A stretch of 64,000 nt of DNA from an uncultured bacterium (GTDB taxonomy: Bacteria; Hydrogenedentota; CAZGCA01; CBFDCQ01): assembly GCA_965603355.1 (NCBI GenBank), contig CBFDCQ010000003.1, positions 20,802-84,801 of the forward strand, given 5' to 3'. Each line of letters begins with the position of its first letter. Within the stretch, counting starts at the first letter, position 1. Positions 45,768-55,599 of this stretch are shown here, piece after piece. The position numbers and the translations under genes were made by a program. A model generated the notes under the pieces. The model had not been told where the DNA came from and did not search any database. It saw nothing but the letters and a program-made list of their open reading frames with translations.

Positions 45768-46343
45768 TCAACCGCGCCGGGCGTCCGGTTCAACGATAGG
45801 AATGTCGCTTCGGCACAGAGGACAGTCTGTTGGGTCGTAGGTGTCGATCGCGAGCTCAGCCAGCGCGTGGAACGGCACATCAAACTCAGCCGCTCCGCCG
45901 CTTCTGTCCACAAGAGCGCCGATGCCACACACTTGCGCACCTCTTTCGCGCAGGTGTTCAACGGTCTTTCTCACCGACCCGCCCGTCGTAACGACATCCT
46001 CAACGACAACAACCCCCGTGCCGGGCGGGACGGTAAACCCGCGCCGAATAACCATACTATCGCGCTCCTTTTCTGAGTAACATCCGCTCACGCCAAGAGC
46101 CCGAGCAACCTCGTGGGCCAGGATGATGCCCCCGACTGCAGGTCCCACAACGAGATCAATGCGTTCCGAAACGAACCTGGCAGCCAACTCTTCCGCGAGC
46201 AGCTTCGCGTTGTCGGGATGCTGCAGCACCAGCGCCGCCTGGAGGAATTTGGGGCTGTGCCTGCCGCTGGTGAGCACGAAATGACCTCTCAGCAGCGCGC
46301 CGCAATCCTCAAAAACGTTGAGTATCTCTTCTCCGCTCAGCAT
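45768..46343 (-). CDS. pyrE: orotate phosphoribosyltransferase
   Basis: 191 aa with GHFVLTSGRHS and PRPP loop VVVEDVVTTGGS. Confidence 0.9.
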   Translation of the reverse strand: MLSGEEILNVFEDCGALLRGHFVLTSGRHSPKFLQAALVLQHPDNAKLLAEELAARFVSERIDLVVGPAVGGIILAHEVARALGVSGCYSEKERDSMVIRRGFTVPPGTGVVVVEDVVTTGGSVRKTVEHLRERGAQVCGIGALVDRSGGAAEFDVPFHALAELAIDTYDPTDCPLCRSDIPIVEPDARRG

Positions 46344-46403
46344 AGGACACCTCGCACGACGTACGACAATCCAGCGGGCCGTGTCCGGCCTGAGAACCCG
46401 GTC

Positions 46404-47357
46404 TCAGGACGGCAGCTCCAGGCTGCCCGTGAGTTCGGCCACGGTCTTGATGCCGTTTCGCTCCATGTACTTCGTAATTCCATCAACGATATCGATGCTT
46501 GCTCTCGGGTCGGCGAAACTTGCGCTGCCGACGGCGACCGCTGCAGCGCCCGCGATGAGAAATTCGAGCGCGTCACTCTCGTAACGTATGCCGCCCATAC
46601 CTATAACAGGTATGCTGACAGCCCGCGCGACTTCCCAAACCATGCGAACGGCAATCGGGCGGATGGCGGGCCCGCTCAGGCCGCCCGTCACACCACCCAG
46701 AAACGGTTGTCGCCTCTCCACATCCACGACCAACCCGGGTATCGTGTTAATCAGCGAAACCGCGTCGGCACCCGCGTTTTCCGCCGCGACCGCTATCTCC
46801 GCAATCGATGTTACCGCCGGGGACAGTTTCACAACGAGCGGTAGTCCGGTGACTTTGCGCACGGCCTCAGTGTACCGGCTCGTTGCCTGAGCGTCTTGAG
46901 CCACCAGGTCGGTTACGGATTTGCCTCGTCCTGATACGTTCGGGCAAGAAAGATTCATCTCTATCCCCGAAATCTGCGGATGTCCGGAAAGCCTGCCTGC
47001 CAGCTCCACGAACTCTTCAGCAGTTTCCCCATGGATATTGGCGATTATCGGTGAATCGTATTGGGCCAGAAGCGGCAGCCTTTCCTTGAGCAGCGCGTCA
47101 ACGCCCACGTTCTGCAATCCGATCGAGTTCAACATGCCTGACGGCGTCTCTGCTATGCGCGGCGGCGGGTTTCCCGCGCGCGGTTCAAGGGTGATAGTCT
47201 TGAGCACTATGCCGCCGAGACGTTGCAGGTCGAGCACTTGTGCGAACTCGATTCCGTATCCAAACGTGCCGGATGCGACAAGAACGGGATTCTTCAACTG
47301 CATTCCGGCGATTGAAACCGTCGTGTCGGGCACGAGCGACTTCTCCCTTTCCGTCAC
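46404..47357 (-). CDS. pyrD: dihydroorotate dehydrogenase, class 1B catalytic subunit
   Basis: 317 aa with NPVLVASGTFGYG, EMNLSCPN and GMGGI motifs. Overlaps the pyrK stop by 4 nt. Confidence 0.9.
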   Translation of the reverse strand: MTEREKSLVPDTTVSIAGMQLKNPVLVASGTFGYGIEFAQVLDLQRLGGIVLKTITLEPRAGNPPPRIAETPSGMLNSIGLQNVGVDALLKERLPLLAQYDSPIIANIHGETAEEFVELAGRLSGHPQISGIEMNLSCPNVSGRGKSVTDLVAQDAQATSRYTEAVRKVTGLPLVVKLSPAVTSIAEIAVAAENAGADAVSLINTIPGLVVDVERRQPFLGGVTGGLSGPAIRPIAVRMVWEVARAVSIPVIGMGGIRYESDALEFLIAGAAAVAVGSASFADPRASIDIVDGITKYMERNGIKTVAELTGSLELPS

Positions 47358-48196
47358 GAATCGTCCCCCCAGGATACGCGTCGACTGTCAATGACAGGGC
47401 CCTGCATGCATACTCGGAAGTAATGCGGTTCCTTCCCTGTCTCCGCGCTCGCTCCACGCACCGCGCACGCCATGCACGCACCGAGCCCACACCCCATTCT
47501 TGCCTCTAGCGACAGCTGGCAAGGGGCGTTCGCCCGTTCCGCCAGACGGGCCACCGCAGCAAGCATTTGGTGCGGGCCACAGGCGTAAACCGCCGCTCTA
47601 TGTTCGCTGACTTCCGTCTTCACGGCGGCGGAAAGCGATTCTCCAAGTCCCAGGGTCACAAATCCTTTCGCCCCAAGCGAGCCATCTTCCGTGAACACTG
47701 CGAGATCCACATTGCGTGTATCAAAATCCTGCATACAAGGGAGTTCCGTGGAGCTCTTTGCGCCATAAAACACTTTCGGTCTGATTCCGGACAGCACGAA
47801 CGCATCCGCCAGAGCGACCATGGGGGCCACTCCGGTGCCCCCGGCCACTATGAGGTGCTCCGTCGCACCTTCCGCTATCTTGAACCCTCGTCCCAGCGGT
47901 CCGAGAACACCCAGAGTATCGCCGGCGCATACTCTGCTCAACAACGCGGTTCCCCGGCCCACCACCTTGTAGAGCAGCTCGAAGCCGGTTGGATTTCCCT
48001 CCGCATCGCGGATTAACCGATACAGGCTCATTGGGCGACGCAGAAGCGGATCGGTTCCCTCGCCGCCCACCTCCAGCATGAAGAACTGGCCCGCGACGCT
48101 TTCCGCGGCAAAGTGAGGCGCTTCGAAACCGATCTGATACCACGACGGCGCACACTGGGCGTGTTTGATAACCCTAAGCTTTTCGGAGAACATCAT
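47354..48196 (-). CDS. pyrK: dihydroorotate dehydrogenase electron-transfer subunit (FAD / 2Fe-2S)
   Basis: RRPMSL FAD motif and C-terminal cluster CGLGACMACAV. Start moved to ATG 48196. Confidence 0.85.
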   Translation of the reverse strand: MMFSEKLRVIKHAQCAPSWYQIGFEAPHFAAESVAGQFFMLEVGGEGTDPLLRRPMSLYRLIRDAEGNPTGFELLYKVVGRGTALLSRVCAGDTLGVLGPLGRGFKIAEGATEHLIVAGGTGVAPMVALADAFVLSGIRPKVFYGAKSSTELPCMQDFDTRNVDLAVFTEDGSLGAKGFVTLGLGESLSAAVKTEVSEHRAAVYACGPHQMLAAVARLAERANAPCQLSLEARMGCGLGACMACAVRGASAETGKEPHYFRVCMQGPVIDSRRVSWGDDS

Positions 48197-48567
48197 GTGA
48201 ATCGACCCCCTGCCGGTTCCAAATCTGAAGACGGCGTCATCGCCACACGTCCTCCAACCGTCATTGGAACCGTCCACACATTAATACATTACCGTTACAA
48301 GAGTCAATAGGCAAGCTCGCGCGATGTCGGACTCTCAGTACATACCTGTTACGTTTGCGCCATGGCAGCTTCTTGCGGCCTCACCACGAGCCTGATATAC
48401 TCAGCGTCGAGCGAGAGGTGGGCGTTGATGATAGCCCAAGGCTTCCTGACAGCGAGGCTGATGTCAAGGACTATAAGATCCTCCTACACCGTTGATACTC
48501 CAGCCGTACGCGCTTCACTATCTGTTCTGTTCTCTCGTTCCGGAGCAGGTTGGAAGGGCGGTTACCC

Positions 48568-48597
48568 TTGACAATAAGGAGGAGATTCTGGTACACT
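48568..48597 (+). promoter_or_regulatory. candidate promoter of the wzm-wzt locus (TTGACA-N18-TACACT)
   Basis: Located in the 473-nt pyrK/wzm divergent gap, about 70 nt upstream of the wzm ATG. Confidence 0.45.
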
Positions 48598-48669
48598 GAA
48601 CGGCAATGCGTTTATTCGTAAAATCAGGTACTTAATGAAGTTACAAGCGTACTTGAGGGTTCTGATCGA

Positions 48670-49494
48670 ATGGCTTTAGGTGGAATTCGCGGTTTTGTGA
48701 CCGATATGGTTCAGCATCGCGAGCTGTTAGTGAGCCTCGCCTCAAAGGAGTTCAAGATCAGGTACAAGGTGGCTGCGCTGGGCTTCCTGTGGACGGTTCT
48801 GAACCCGTTGTTACTAATGTTGGTTCTGAGCTTCGTACTGAAGAAAATTGGCCTTCGCTGGGAGGAATCCGTCGATAAGGACTTGATTCCGGTGTGGCTG
48901 CTTTGTGCGCTAATCCCGTGGAACTTCATGGCGCACTCCTTGTCGCGGAGCCCGGGCGTGCTTGTGGACAATGCAGGGTTGATTCAAAAGGTTTACTTTC
49001 CGCGCGAGATCATCCCTCTGGCAAGGGTGATGGCGAACTCTCTAAACTTTCTCATAGCACTTGTGGTGTTACTATGTTTCCTACTCGCATTTGGGGTGAA
49101 ACCAAGCATATGGTGGATAATCGGTGCGCCCTTGATAATCATCGGCGAAATCCTGTTCGTTGTAGGTATGTGTCTTGCCGTCTCCAGTCTCAACGTGTTT
49201 TATCGGGACGTGGCGTTCGTTGTGGAAGTGCTCCTGCTGGTTTGGTGGTGGGGAACGCCGATCTTTTACCCTCACGATCAGGTGATCCAACCCGAGGTAT
49301 CGGAGCTTGTCTACCGCATATATATGGCGAACCCGATGGCGGCCACCGTCGTTTCGATGCGGCAGATCTTCCTCGAGAGACGGTTCCCGGATGCCTCTCT
49401 TGTGCTCACGTTGTTCGCGGCAGCGTTCCTATCGCTCATTATCGGCACGGTGATTTTCCGTCGTCGACGGGGCGTATTGGCGGATTTTGTATAG
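48670..49494 (+). CDS. wzm: ABC-2-type polysaccharide/polyol-phosphate export permease (Wzm/TagG-like)
   Basis: 274 aa, six predicted TM helices, N-terminal ELLVSLASKEFKIRYKVAALGFLWTVLNP motif typical of ABC-2 exporters. Confidence 0.85.
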   Translation: MALGGIRGFVTDMVQHRELLVSLASKEFKIRYKVAALGFLWTVLNPLLLMLVLSFVLKKIGLRWEESVDKDLIPVWLLCALIPWNFMAHSLSRSPGVLVDNAGLIQKVYFPREIIPLARVMANSLNFLIALVVLLCFLLAFGVKPSIWWIIGAPLIIIGEILFVVGMCLAVSSLNVFYRDVAFVVEVLLLVWWWGTPIFYPHDQVIQPEVSELVYRIYMANPMAATVVSMRQIFLERRFPDASLVLTLFAAAFLSLIIGTVIFRRRRGVLADFV

Positions 49495-49496
49495 AG

Positions 49497-52283
49497 ATGA
49501 GTGTGCTTTCCATAAGAGACGTTGGCAAAAAGTACAGGCTGCGGCGAGAGACACGCATGTTCACTAACGAGCTTGTGCGTCGCCTGCTGAGAAGACGTCA
49601 AACCGAGGAGTTCTGGGCGCTAAGGGACATAACATTCGACGTCGAAGCCGGAGAATCGTTGGGCATTATAGGGCCAAACGGTTCGGGCAAGAGCACTTTA
49701 CTGAGGATCATCGCAGGAGTCACGGAATGTACAGAAGGGGAGGTGTCGGTACAGGGTCGAGTCGCCTCGCTGCTGGAACTTGGCACCGGATTTCATCCGT
49801 ATCTGACGGGCCGCGAGAACGTTTACCTGAACGGCGCGATATTGGGGATAGAGAAGGAAGAGATAGAACGTAATTTCGGCAAAATCGAGGAGTTCGCTGG
49901 AATTGGACGATTCATAGACGTTCCTGTAAAAGACTACTCTTCGGGAATGTACGTGCGGCTGGCATTCGCCGTGGCAATTAATTCCGACCCGGACATCTTC
50001 CTCGTTGACGAGGTTCTCGCGGTGGGGGATGAGGAGTTCCAGCAGAGGTGTCGCGCAAAGATACGCGAGTTGCAGGGCTCCGGCAAGACCATCGTGTTCG
50101 TGTCGCACGACCTTAACATAGTGAACGAGCTGTGCGACAGAGTCATCCTCCTGCGTGAAGGAAGGATAATGGAGAAGGGGTCGGCTGAAAGAACGATAAA
50201 CTTCTACCTGCATACCATCGGCAAGCAAGAGGGAATTGCGTTCCTGAAAGCAGGTTCGCTCGAACTCATTTTCAATAACGGCAAGATCGCGCTTTTCAGT
50301 GACGGCCAGATGTTAACCAGAGCACACGGAGGGCACACCTCGGTCTTGTCGCGCGGGATTTGGTACGAATCCACGGGGGCAAACTGGCACGTCGAGACGT
50401 GCACCGACACGGAACTGGTAGCCACCGGCACGTACACGAGAATACCGGTCAGCCAGACGTGGCGGATCAAGCTTGAGGCACCGTCGACGGTGCTGTGGAA
50501 TGTGGAAATAGAGGCTGAGGCCGGTGCAGAAGTCAATGGGCGGCATGCGTCTCTGGTACTATCGACCTCGTATACGAAGTGGTTCACCGAGCTCAGAGAA
50601 AGCGAGTTTCCCAGAATAGATCCCGGCGATACGCGGTGGACACCGGTGTTTCAGCGTGACGAACACGTTAAGATCATAGGAGCGACGGCCGGCGAGGACG
50701 AAGCTGGACTTCCGTCTGTGTGCTGGGAGACGGATGACCGCGCACCGCTGAGTTCGCTCTTGGTGCTGAACAGCGACTACACCCTCAACTCCAGGGTGCT
50801 GCAGACCGTTGAATTACGTCCCGGCGACGTGCGTGAACTCTCGGCCGGCAAGGAACTCTTTGTCTCGGCCAGGATCGACCTCGGACAACCGTTGGAGCTC
50901 ATCCGAAAGCGCCTCAAGGAAGCCCGTCGCGAACGAAGGGCTATCCTGAAAAACGGCAACCTCAGTTTGGCGTTCGAAGAAGGCAGTTTCCGCCTGTTCC
51001 TGGACGACAGGGAAATAACAGGAGGGCATGGGGCGTACAGTTCCATCTTGTCTCGGGGAATGTGGATCGATTCGTCGACAGCGCAATGGCGTCTTGAGTC
51101 ACATTCGGACACTGAGCTGGTCGCAATAGGAATATCCAGAAGGATACCGATCTGCCAGATATGGCGGATCAAGTTGGAAAGCCCTACAGCCATTCGCTGG
51201 TCCGTCGAGATGGAGGTCCAAGATGATACCGTCGTGTCGCGGCGACATATCTCACTGATACTGCCCACCGAGTACACGAGATGGTTCACGGAAAAGGAGT
51301 CGGGCAAGTTCCCGACAATTCATCCTGATGAGACCGAATGGATACATTTGTCGCACCGGGACGAGCAGGTCAAGTTCATGGTGGCAGCACCTGAAGAGGT
51401 GGGGCCCGATTCGCCGGTGGTCTCGGTTGAGGCGGAGATGTTGGCGCCGAAGGTGGCTTTTCACGTGATAAACAGCAGCTATGCGCTCAATTCGAGAGTG
51501 TTACAGGTGCTGGAGCTGCACCCGGGAGATCACGAAGAACTTCTTCCCGGGAGGCAGTCGTTCGCTTCGGTAATGATACACCTGGACAGGTCCGAGGAGC
51601 TTGTCCAAGAACGGCTCACGGAAGTGTACCGAGGCACAATGGTGCGGGCAGGCAACCTCAATGCCGTGCTTGACAGGGGGAAGATCCGCCTTCTGTGGCG
51701 AGACAACGAGGTAACCCGAGACCGTTGCGTTTTCTTTTCAATCCGCAGCGGCGATCTGTGGGACGAGTCAGTGCAGGGGCGCTGGCGTGTTGAGCAAGTT
51801 TCTCCGAACGAATTGAGGGCGGCAGGAACGATGTTGAGGCTGCCCGTGGTCCAGGAATGGACGCTGAGAACGTGTGAGGACGGTACGCTCGAGTGGAAAA
51901 TCTGTCTCGACGTCAGAGAGAGGTTGCATGTTGAGGAGCTGGTCGTTAACGCGATGCTCTCGCCGGAATATGACGCTTGGGCAACCGCCCACGAATCAGG
52001 GGCTTTCCCGCCGTTCGCGCCGAGGATTGGTGAGTGGACGCACTTGGCCAAGGTGCTCAAGCCGGGCGCCTTTGCAGAGGCCGGATGCACAGATGTCGCC
52101 GGGAACCGCCCGCGCACGGTTCGCATCTCGTTCGAGGCGCCGTGGATAGCCATGGCAGCCAATGCCGGCAGCCTGGAAACGGCACGTGTGATACAGGGTG
52201 TGAAACAGTATCCGGAAGGCGCCGGTGTACTGGAGCCGGGACGGCATGAGGTCTTTTCTGCTAAGATACTATGTAATGAGTAG
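49497..52283 (+). CDS. wzt: Wzt/TagH-like ABC exporter ATPase with three tandem C-terminal modules (928 aa)
   Basis: Walker A GPNGSGKST, signature YSSGM, Walker B IFLVDE, then three collinear ~215-235-aa repeats. ATG 49497 lies 2 nt after the wzm stop. The upstream part of the 1129-aa track ORF overlaps wzm in another frame and is rejected. Confidence 0.85.
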   Translation: MSVLSIRDVGKKYRLRRETRMFTNELVRRLLRRRQTEEFWALRDITFDVEAGESLGIIGPNGSGKSTLLRIIAGVTECTEGEVSVQGRVASLLELGTGFHPYLTGRENVYLNGAILGIEKEEIERNFGKIEEFAGIGRFIDVPVKDYSSGMYVRLAFAVAINSDPDIFLVDEVLAVGDEEFQQRCRAKIRELQGSGKTIVFVSHDLNIVNELCDRVILLREGRIMEKGSAERTINFYLHTIGKQEGIAFLKAGSLELIFNNGKIALFSDGQMLTRAHGGHTSVLSRGIWYESTGANWHVETCTDTELVATGTYTRIPVSQTWRIKLEAPSTVLWNVEIEAEAGAEVNGRHASLVLSTSYTKWFTELRESEFPRIDPGDTRWTPVFQRDEHVKIIGATAGEDEAGLPSVCWETDDRAPLSSLLVLNSDYTLNSRVLQTVELRPGDVRELSAGKELFVSARIDLGQPLELIRKRLKEARRERRAILKNGNLSLAFEEGSFRLFLDDREITGGHGAYSSILSRGMWIDSSTAQWRLESHSDTELVAIGISRRIPICQIWRIKLESPTAIRWSVEMEVQDDTVVSRRHISLILPTEYTRWFTEKESGKFPTIHPDETEWIHLSHRDEQVKFMVAAPEEVGPDSPVVSVEAEMLAPKVAFHVINSSYALNSRVLQVLELHPGDHEELLPGRQSFASVMIHLDRSEELVQERLTEVYRGTMVRAGNLNAVLDRGKIRLLWRDNEVTRDRCVFFSIRSGDLWDESVQGRWRVEQVSPNELRAAGTMLRLPVVQEWTLRTCEDGTLEWKICLDVRERLHVEELVVNAMLSPEYDAWATAHESGAFPPFAPRIGEWTHLAKVLKPGAFAEAGCTDVAGNRPRTVRISFEAPWIAMAANAGSLETARVIQGVKQYPEGAGVLEPGRHEVFSAKILCNE

Positions 52284-52355
52284 GACTGTTGTTGTGACGG
52301 AGCATGATAGGCTTCCGAATCGGGGGAATAGGAATTGAACATAACATCGGAAAGA

Positions 52356-54263
52356 ATGAAGTCGGGTTTTCTGCGCTCTATTCGTAAGTGGGCAATCAGG
52401 AGTGGGCTGTCTTCGCTGATAGGCGAGAGCCGAATTGCCCACAAGCTGCGTCGAATGTACTACAGGAAGTTCCCGCTGCCGCGAGTGCGGCTGCCGGGCG
52501 ACCCGATCGTGCTCAAGACGCAGTACCCGGACGATAAGGAGCGATTCAGCGTGCTGCTCGTTCAGGTGCCGCTTCCCGGCAACGAACGGCACAAGAGGAT
52601 CATACCGCTGGGAATCTCCTACCTTGCATCGTACCTGATCGATAAGATGCCCGACGTGAACGTCGGCATTCTCGATGCTCAGGTGCAGAGCTTGAACTAT
52701 TGGGAGACGGTCACGAAGATCGCCGAGCGCAAGTGGGACGTCGTCGGGATAGGCTACTGGGCGGTGCAGGCACAGTTTGCGCGCAACGTGAGTCTGGCGA
52801 TCAAATCGCGGTGCCCGGACACCGTCGTCGTGCATGGCGGAGTACAGCCGACAGCGGTTCCGGAGGAGGCGCTGGAGTCGGCCGACTATCTCGTGTTGCA
52901 CGAGGGAGAGATCACGTTTCACGAGCTCATCAAGGCACTCAGAGAAGGAACGGATCCCTCTTCGATACGCGGTCTGGCATACAAGAGAGACGAACAGGTT
53001 GTAAGAACGGAGCCCAGGGAGTTCATTCAAGATCTGGACGTCCTGCCGTTTCCGGCGTGGCACCTCCTGCCGATCGAACAGTACAAGATGCCGCTGCACG
53101 TCGTCGGCGGCGATAGGATGCCTATTGTCGGGTCGCGCGGCTGTCCGTACGAATGTTCGTTCTGTGCGTCGCCTCTCATGTGGAAACGCCGCGTGAGGTG
53201 GCGCTCACCCGAGAACGTTGTGGCCGAGATGAAGGCGATGATCGAGCAGTACGGTATCAACTACTTCCACTTCTGGGACGACAACCTTACGCTCAAGCCG
53301 GATTACATCAGAGGTGTGTGCGATCGCATCATCGAGGGGGAGCTTGATGTCAAATGGATCGGCCTCGACCGATCCGAACATCTCAACAAACATCCTGAGC
53401 TGCTCGAGCTCATGAAAAGGGCCGGATGTGTCGGTATAGAGATAGGGATCGAGAGCGCCAATCCCGACACGCTGCTCCATATTCGAAAGAATCAGGGAGT
53501 CAACGAGAACCACATCGCACTGATGAACCAGAGAAAAGCGGGACTGTACCCGCTGTACACGTGCATGGCGTTCAATCCGGGCGAGTCGATCACGGGGTAC
53601 TATCTGCAAAGAGAGTTTCTCGACGAGGCTCAGGAGGGCTACCACTGGTACGAGCATTTTCACCCGTTCCCGTTTCCGCTGTACATGGGCCAGTTCTCCA
53701 CCCCGTACCCGGGCACGCGACTTCACGAGGAAGCACCCGATCTCGGTGTGGTGCTCCTCGACGATCCGGAAGAGCGGTTTCATCACAAGATCAATTTCGT
53801 GCCTGACTCGCTTCTGGAGGACGTGCCGACACGCACAATCCATCAGCTCGAAGCGCACCACTACTACCTGTATCTGCTTGCAACGTGGAGCGCGCTTTAT
53901 ACCGAGTTCAACATGCGCAACACCCGCGACGAACTTGCGCACAGACTCCATGATAGCTGGCGTTTTCTGAACGCGTACTTCGGCAGGTGCGAAGGCAGGT
54001 TTAGCGTCCGGCAGTTGGCCATACAGCTTGCCGAGTATCTGAATTTCAACTTCAACAAGAGCGTGCGGCTGGCGGCGTTCACTACGTATGTTTTTGGTCA
54101 GCTCGGCATAGTGCGGTCGGCTCTTTATCACACTGACCTGAAGATCGAGCCGAGATGCTTTGATATCCCCGGGGACCGTAAATGGCAGATCGTTGAGCTC
54201 CTGAACGATATGGGCGTCACGCCCAAGAGCATGGTGGTGGACTTCAGCCTGTATCCGGGCTGA
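52356..54263 (+). CDS. cobalamin(B12)-binding-domain radical SAM enzyme (class B) with ~250-aa C-terminal extension
   Basis: N-terminal B12-binding-like Rossmann (VLLVQVPLP..PLGISYLASYL..VVVHGG) followed by VGSRGCPYECSFCASP (CxxxCxxC). The start is uncertain (TTG 52335, ATG 52356 or a later ATG). Confidence 0.8.
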   Translation: MKSGFLRSIRKWAIRSGLSSLIGESRIAHKLRRMYYRKFPLPRVRLPGDPIVLKTQYPDDKERFSVLLVQVPLPGNERHKRIIPLGISYLASYLIDKMPDVNVGILDAQVQSLNYWETVTKIAERKWDVVGIGYWAVQAQFARNVSLAIKSRCPDTVVVHGGVQPTAVPEEALESADYLVLHEGEITFHELIKALREGTDPSSIRGLAYKRDEQVVRTEPREFIQDLDVLPFPAWHLLPIEQYKMPLHVVGGDRMPIVGSRGCPYECSFCASPLMWKRRVRWRSPENVVAEMKAMIEQYGINYFHFWDDNLTLKPDYIRGVCDRIIEGELDVKWIGLDRSEHLNKHPELLELMKRAGCVGIEIGIESANPDTLLHIRKNQGVNENHIALMNQRKAGLYPLYTCMAFNPGESITGYYLQREFLDEAQEGYHWYEHFHPFPFPLYMGQFSTPYPGTRLHEEAPDLGVVLLDDPEERFHHKINFVPDSLLEDVPTRTIHQLEAHHYYLYLLATWSALYTEFNMRNTRDELAHRLHDSWRFLNAYFGRCEGRFSVRQLAIQLAEYLNFNFNKSVRLAAFTTYVFGQLGIVRSALYHTDLKIEPRCFDIPGDRKWQIVELLNDMGVTPKSMVVDFSLYPG

Positions 54264-54333
54264 TGTGCACGCCCGACCCGCCGTCGAAGGTTTTCGCCGA
54301 AGTCCTTGCCGTTACCCCTGAGGTCGGAATGCG

Positions 54334-55599
54334 ATGACGAAGATAGCGATAGTTGACCTGATGTTCTCCTGGCCGCCTCACGGCGGCGGTTGTCTGGACC
54401 TGAAGGAGACAGCCACGGGGCTGACACGGCTGGGGTACGACGTGCGGCTCTTTTCGGCAAACTGCTCGTGGGCGTGGCAGCGCGGTACGGTCGACGAAGA
54501 ACTGCTCGAGTTCCCGGTGGAGAAAGTGGAGCTTACCTACCGAACCTTCAACAGGTTTTCGGTTCCAAAACGTTTCCGCAAAGCGGTCGACAGTTACTCG
54601 CCTGATATCGTGTTTTTCGGCGACAGCTACTTTCTCAAACCTTTTCTCATTCGCGCCTTCGCGGACTACCCCGTCATCGCGCGGTTCTACACGTACGAGA
54701 TGTTCTGCCCGCGGTACTACATGCTGTTTCGTGACGGGAGAATATGTGACACGCATTATCTCAAGACTCCTGTGTACTGTATGCGGTGCGCGATGGAGGC
54801 TATGCGCGATCCAATACTGCGATGGCGCCACGACGTGTGGAGTCACGAGTTTGTCGCGGCCCTGGCCTTCCTTCCGGGATACTACAAGCTCGTTCGGTCC
54901 GCCATAGACGCGTGCGATTCTCTGATCGTGTACAACAGGATGACGCGCGACCTGTTCACGCCTTATCACGACAGCGTACATGTCGTTCCGGGCGGCGTCG
55001 ACGTCGAGCGGTTCCGCTACTCAGAACCGCCTCGGAAAGGCGGTCAGGACACGAAGTACATATTCATGAGCGGGAGGGTCGCGGACGAGAGAAAGGGGCT
55101 TCACGTCTTGCGCCAAGCGGCGAACATACTTCGCCAAGAGCGCCACGATTTCAAGGTTTGGGTGACTCACGACGACGTCACGATGAACGACGAGACAGTC
55201 GAGGCGATCGGGTGGCACGCGCACGACGAGCTTGCAGATCTTAACTCCCGTGCCGACATATGTGTGGCGCCGTCGCTCTGGGCGGAACCGTTCGGGATGG
55301 TTGCCGTTGAGGCGATGGCTTGCGGCAGACCTATTGTGGCATCCAGGGTCGGTGGCTTAGCGGATAGTGTTGTGGACGGTGAAACGGGATTCCTCGTTCC
55401 GCCGGACGATCCTGTAGCCCTGGCGGACAAGTTACGCGTGCTGCTCAACGACTACGAGCTGAGGCTCCAGATGGGAAAACGTGGCAGAGCGCGTGTGGAG
55501 CAGAATTTTCACTGGCCGAAGATCGTCGGGAAACATATTCCGCCAGTACTGGACGAGGTTCTCGCGAAGCGCAGACAGGTTAGGGGTGGTTCCTCATGA
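54334..55599 (+). CDS. GT-B glycosyltransferase, family 4-like
   Basis: 421 aa with C-terminal EX7E region EPFGMVAVEAMACGRPIVASRVGGLADSVVDGETGFLV. Confidence 0.85.
   Translation: MTKIAIVDLMFSWPPHGGGCLDLKETATGLTRLGYDVRLFSANCSWAWQRGTVDEELLEFPVEKVELTYRTFNRFSVPKRFRKAVDSYSPDIVFFGDSYFLKPFLIRAFADYPVIARFYTYEMFCPRYYMLFRDGRICDTHYLKTPVYCMRCAMEAMRDPILRWRHDVWSHEFVAALAFLPGYYKLVRSAIDACDSLIVYNRMTRDLFTPYHDSVHVVPGGVDVERFRYSEPPRKGGQDTKYIFMSGRVADERKGLHVLRQAANILRQERHDFKVWVTHDDVTMNDETVEAIGWHAHDELADLNSRADICVAPSLWAEPFGMVAVEAMACGRPIVASRVGGLADSVVDGETGFLVPPDDPVALADKLRVLLNDYELRLQMGKRGRARVEQNFHWPKIVGKHIPPVLDEVLAKRRQVRGGSS

Noticed and set aside
34148-48277. Other over-long track ORFs (prs to 35239, metallophosphoesterase to 44173, pyrK to 48277, tsaB to 20294, pabB to 19590, sialidase to 13858, hydrolase to 15494)
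   Set aside because: Internal starts give canonical N-termini, RBS-like motifs or ATGA coupling. The extensions have no homology-like features.
48894-49496. N-terminal 201-aa extension of the wzt ORF in the track (1129 aa)
   Set aside because: It overlaps wzm in a different frame and has no ABC features. The canonical ATPase N-terminus begins at ATG 49497, 2 nt after the wzm stop.
51530-54981. Minus-strand ORFs of 245-308 aa (51530..52444, 52269..53099, 53205..54131, 54244..54981) opposite wzt, the radical SAM gene and GT4
   Set aside because: Plus-strand genes have catalytic motifs (CxxxCxxC, EX7E) and translational coupling. The antisense ORFs lack any motif and tile the region in the way shadow frames do.
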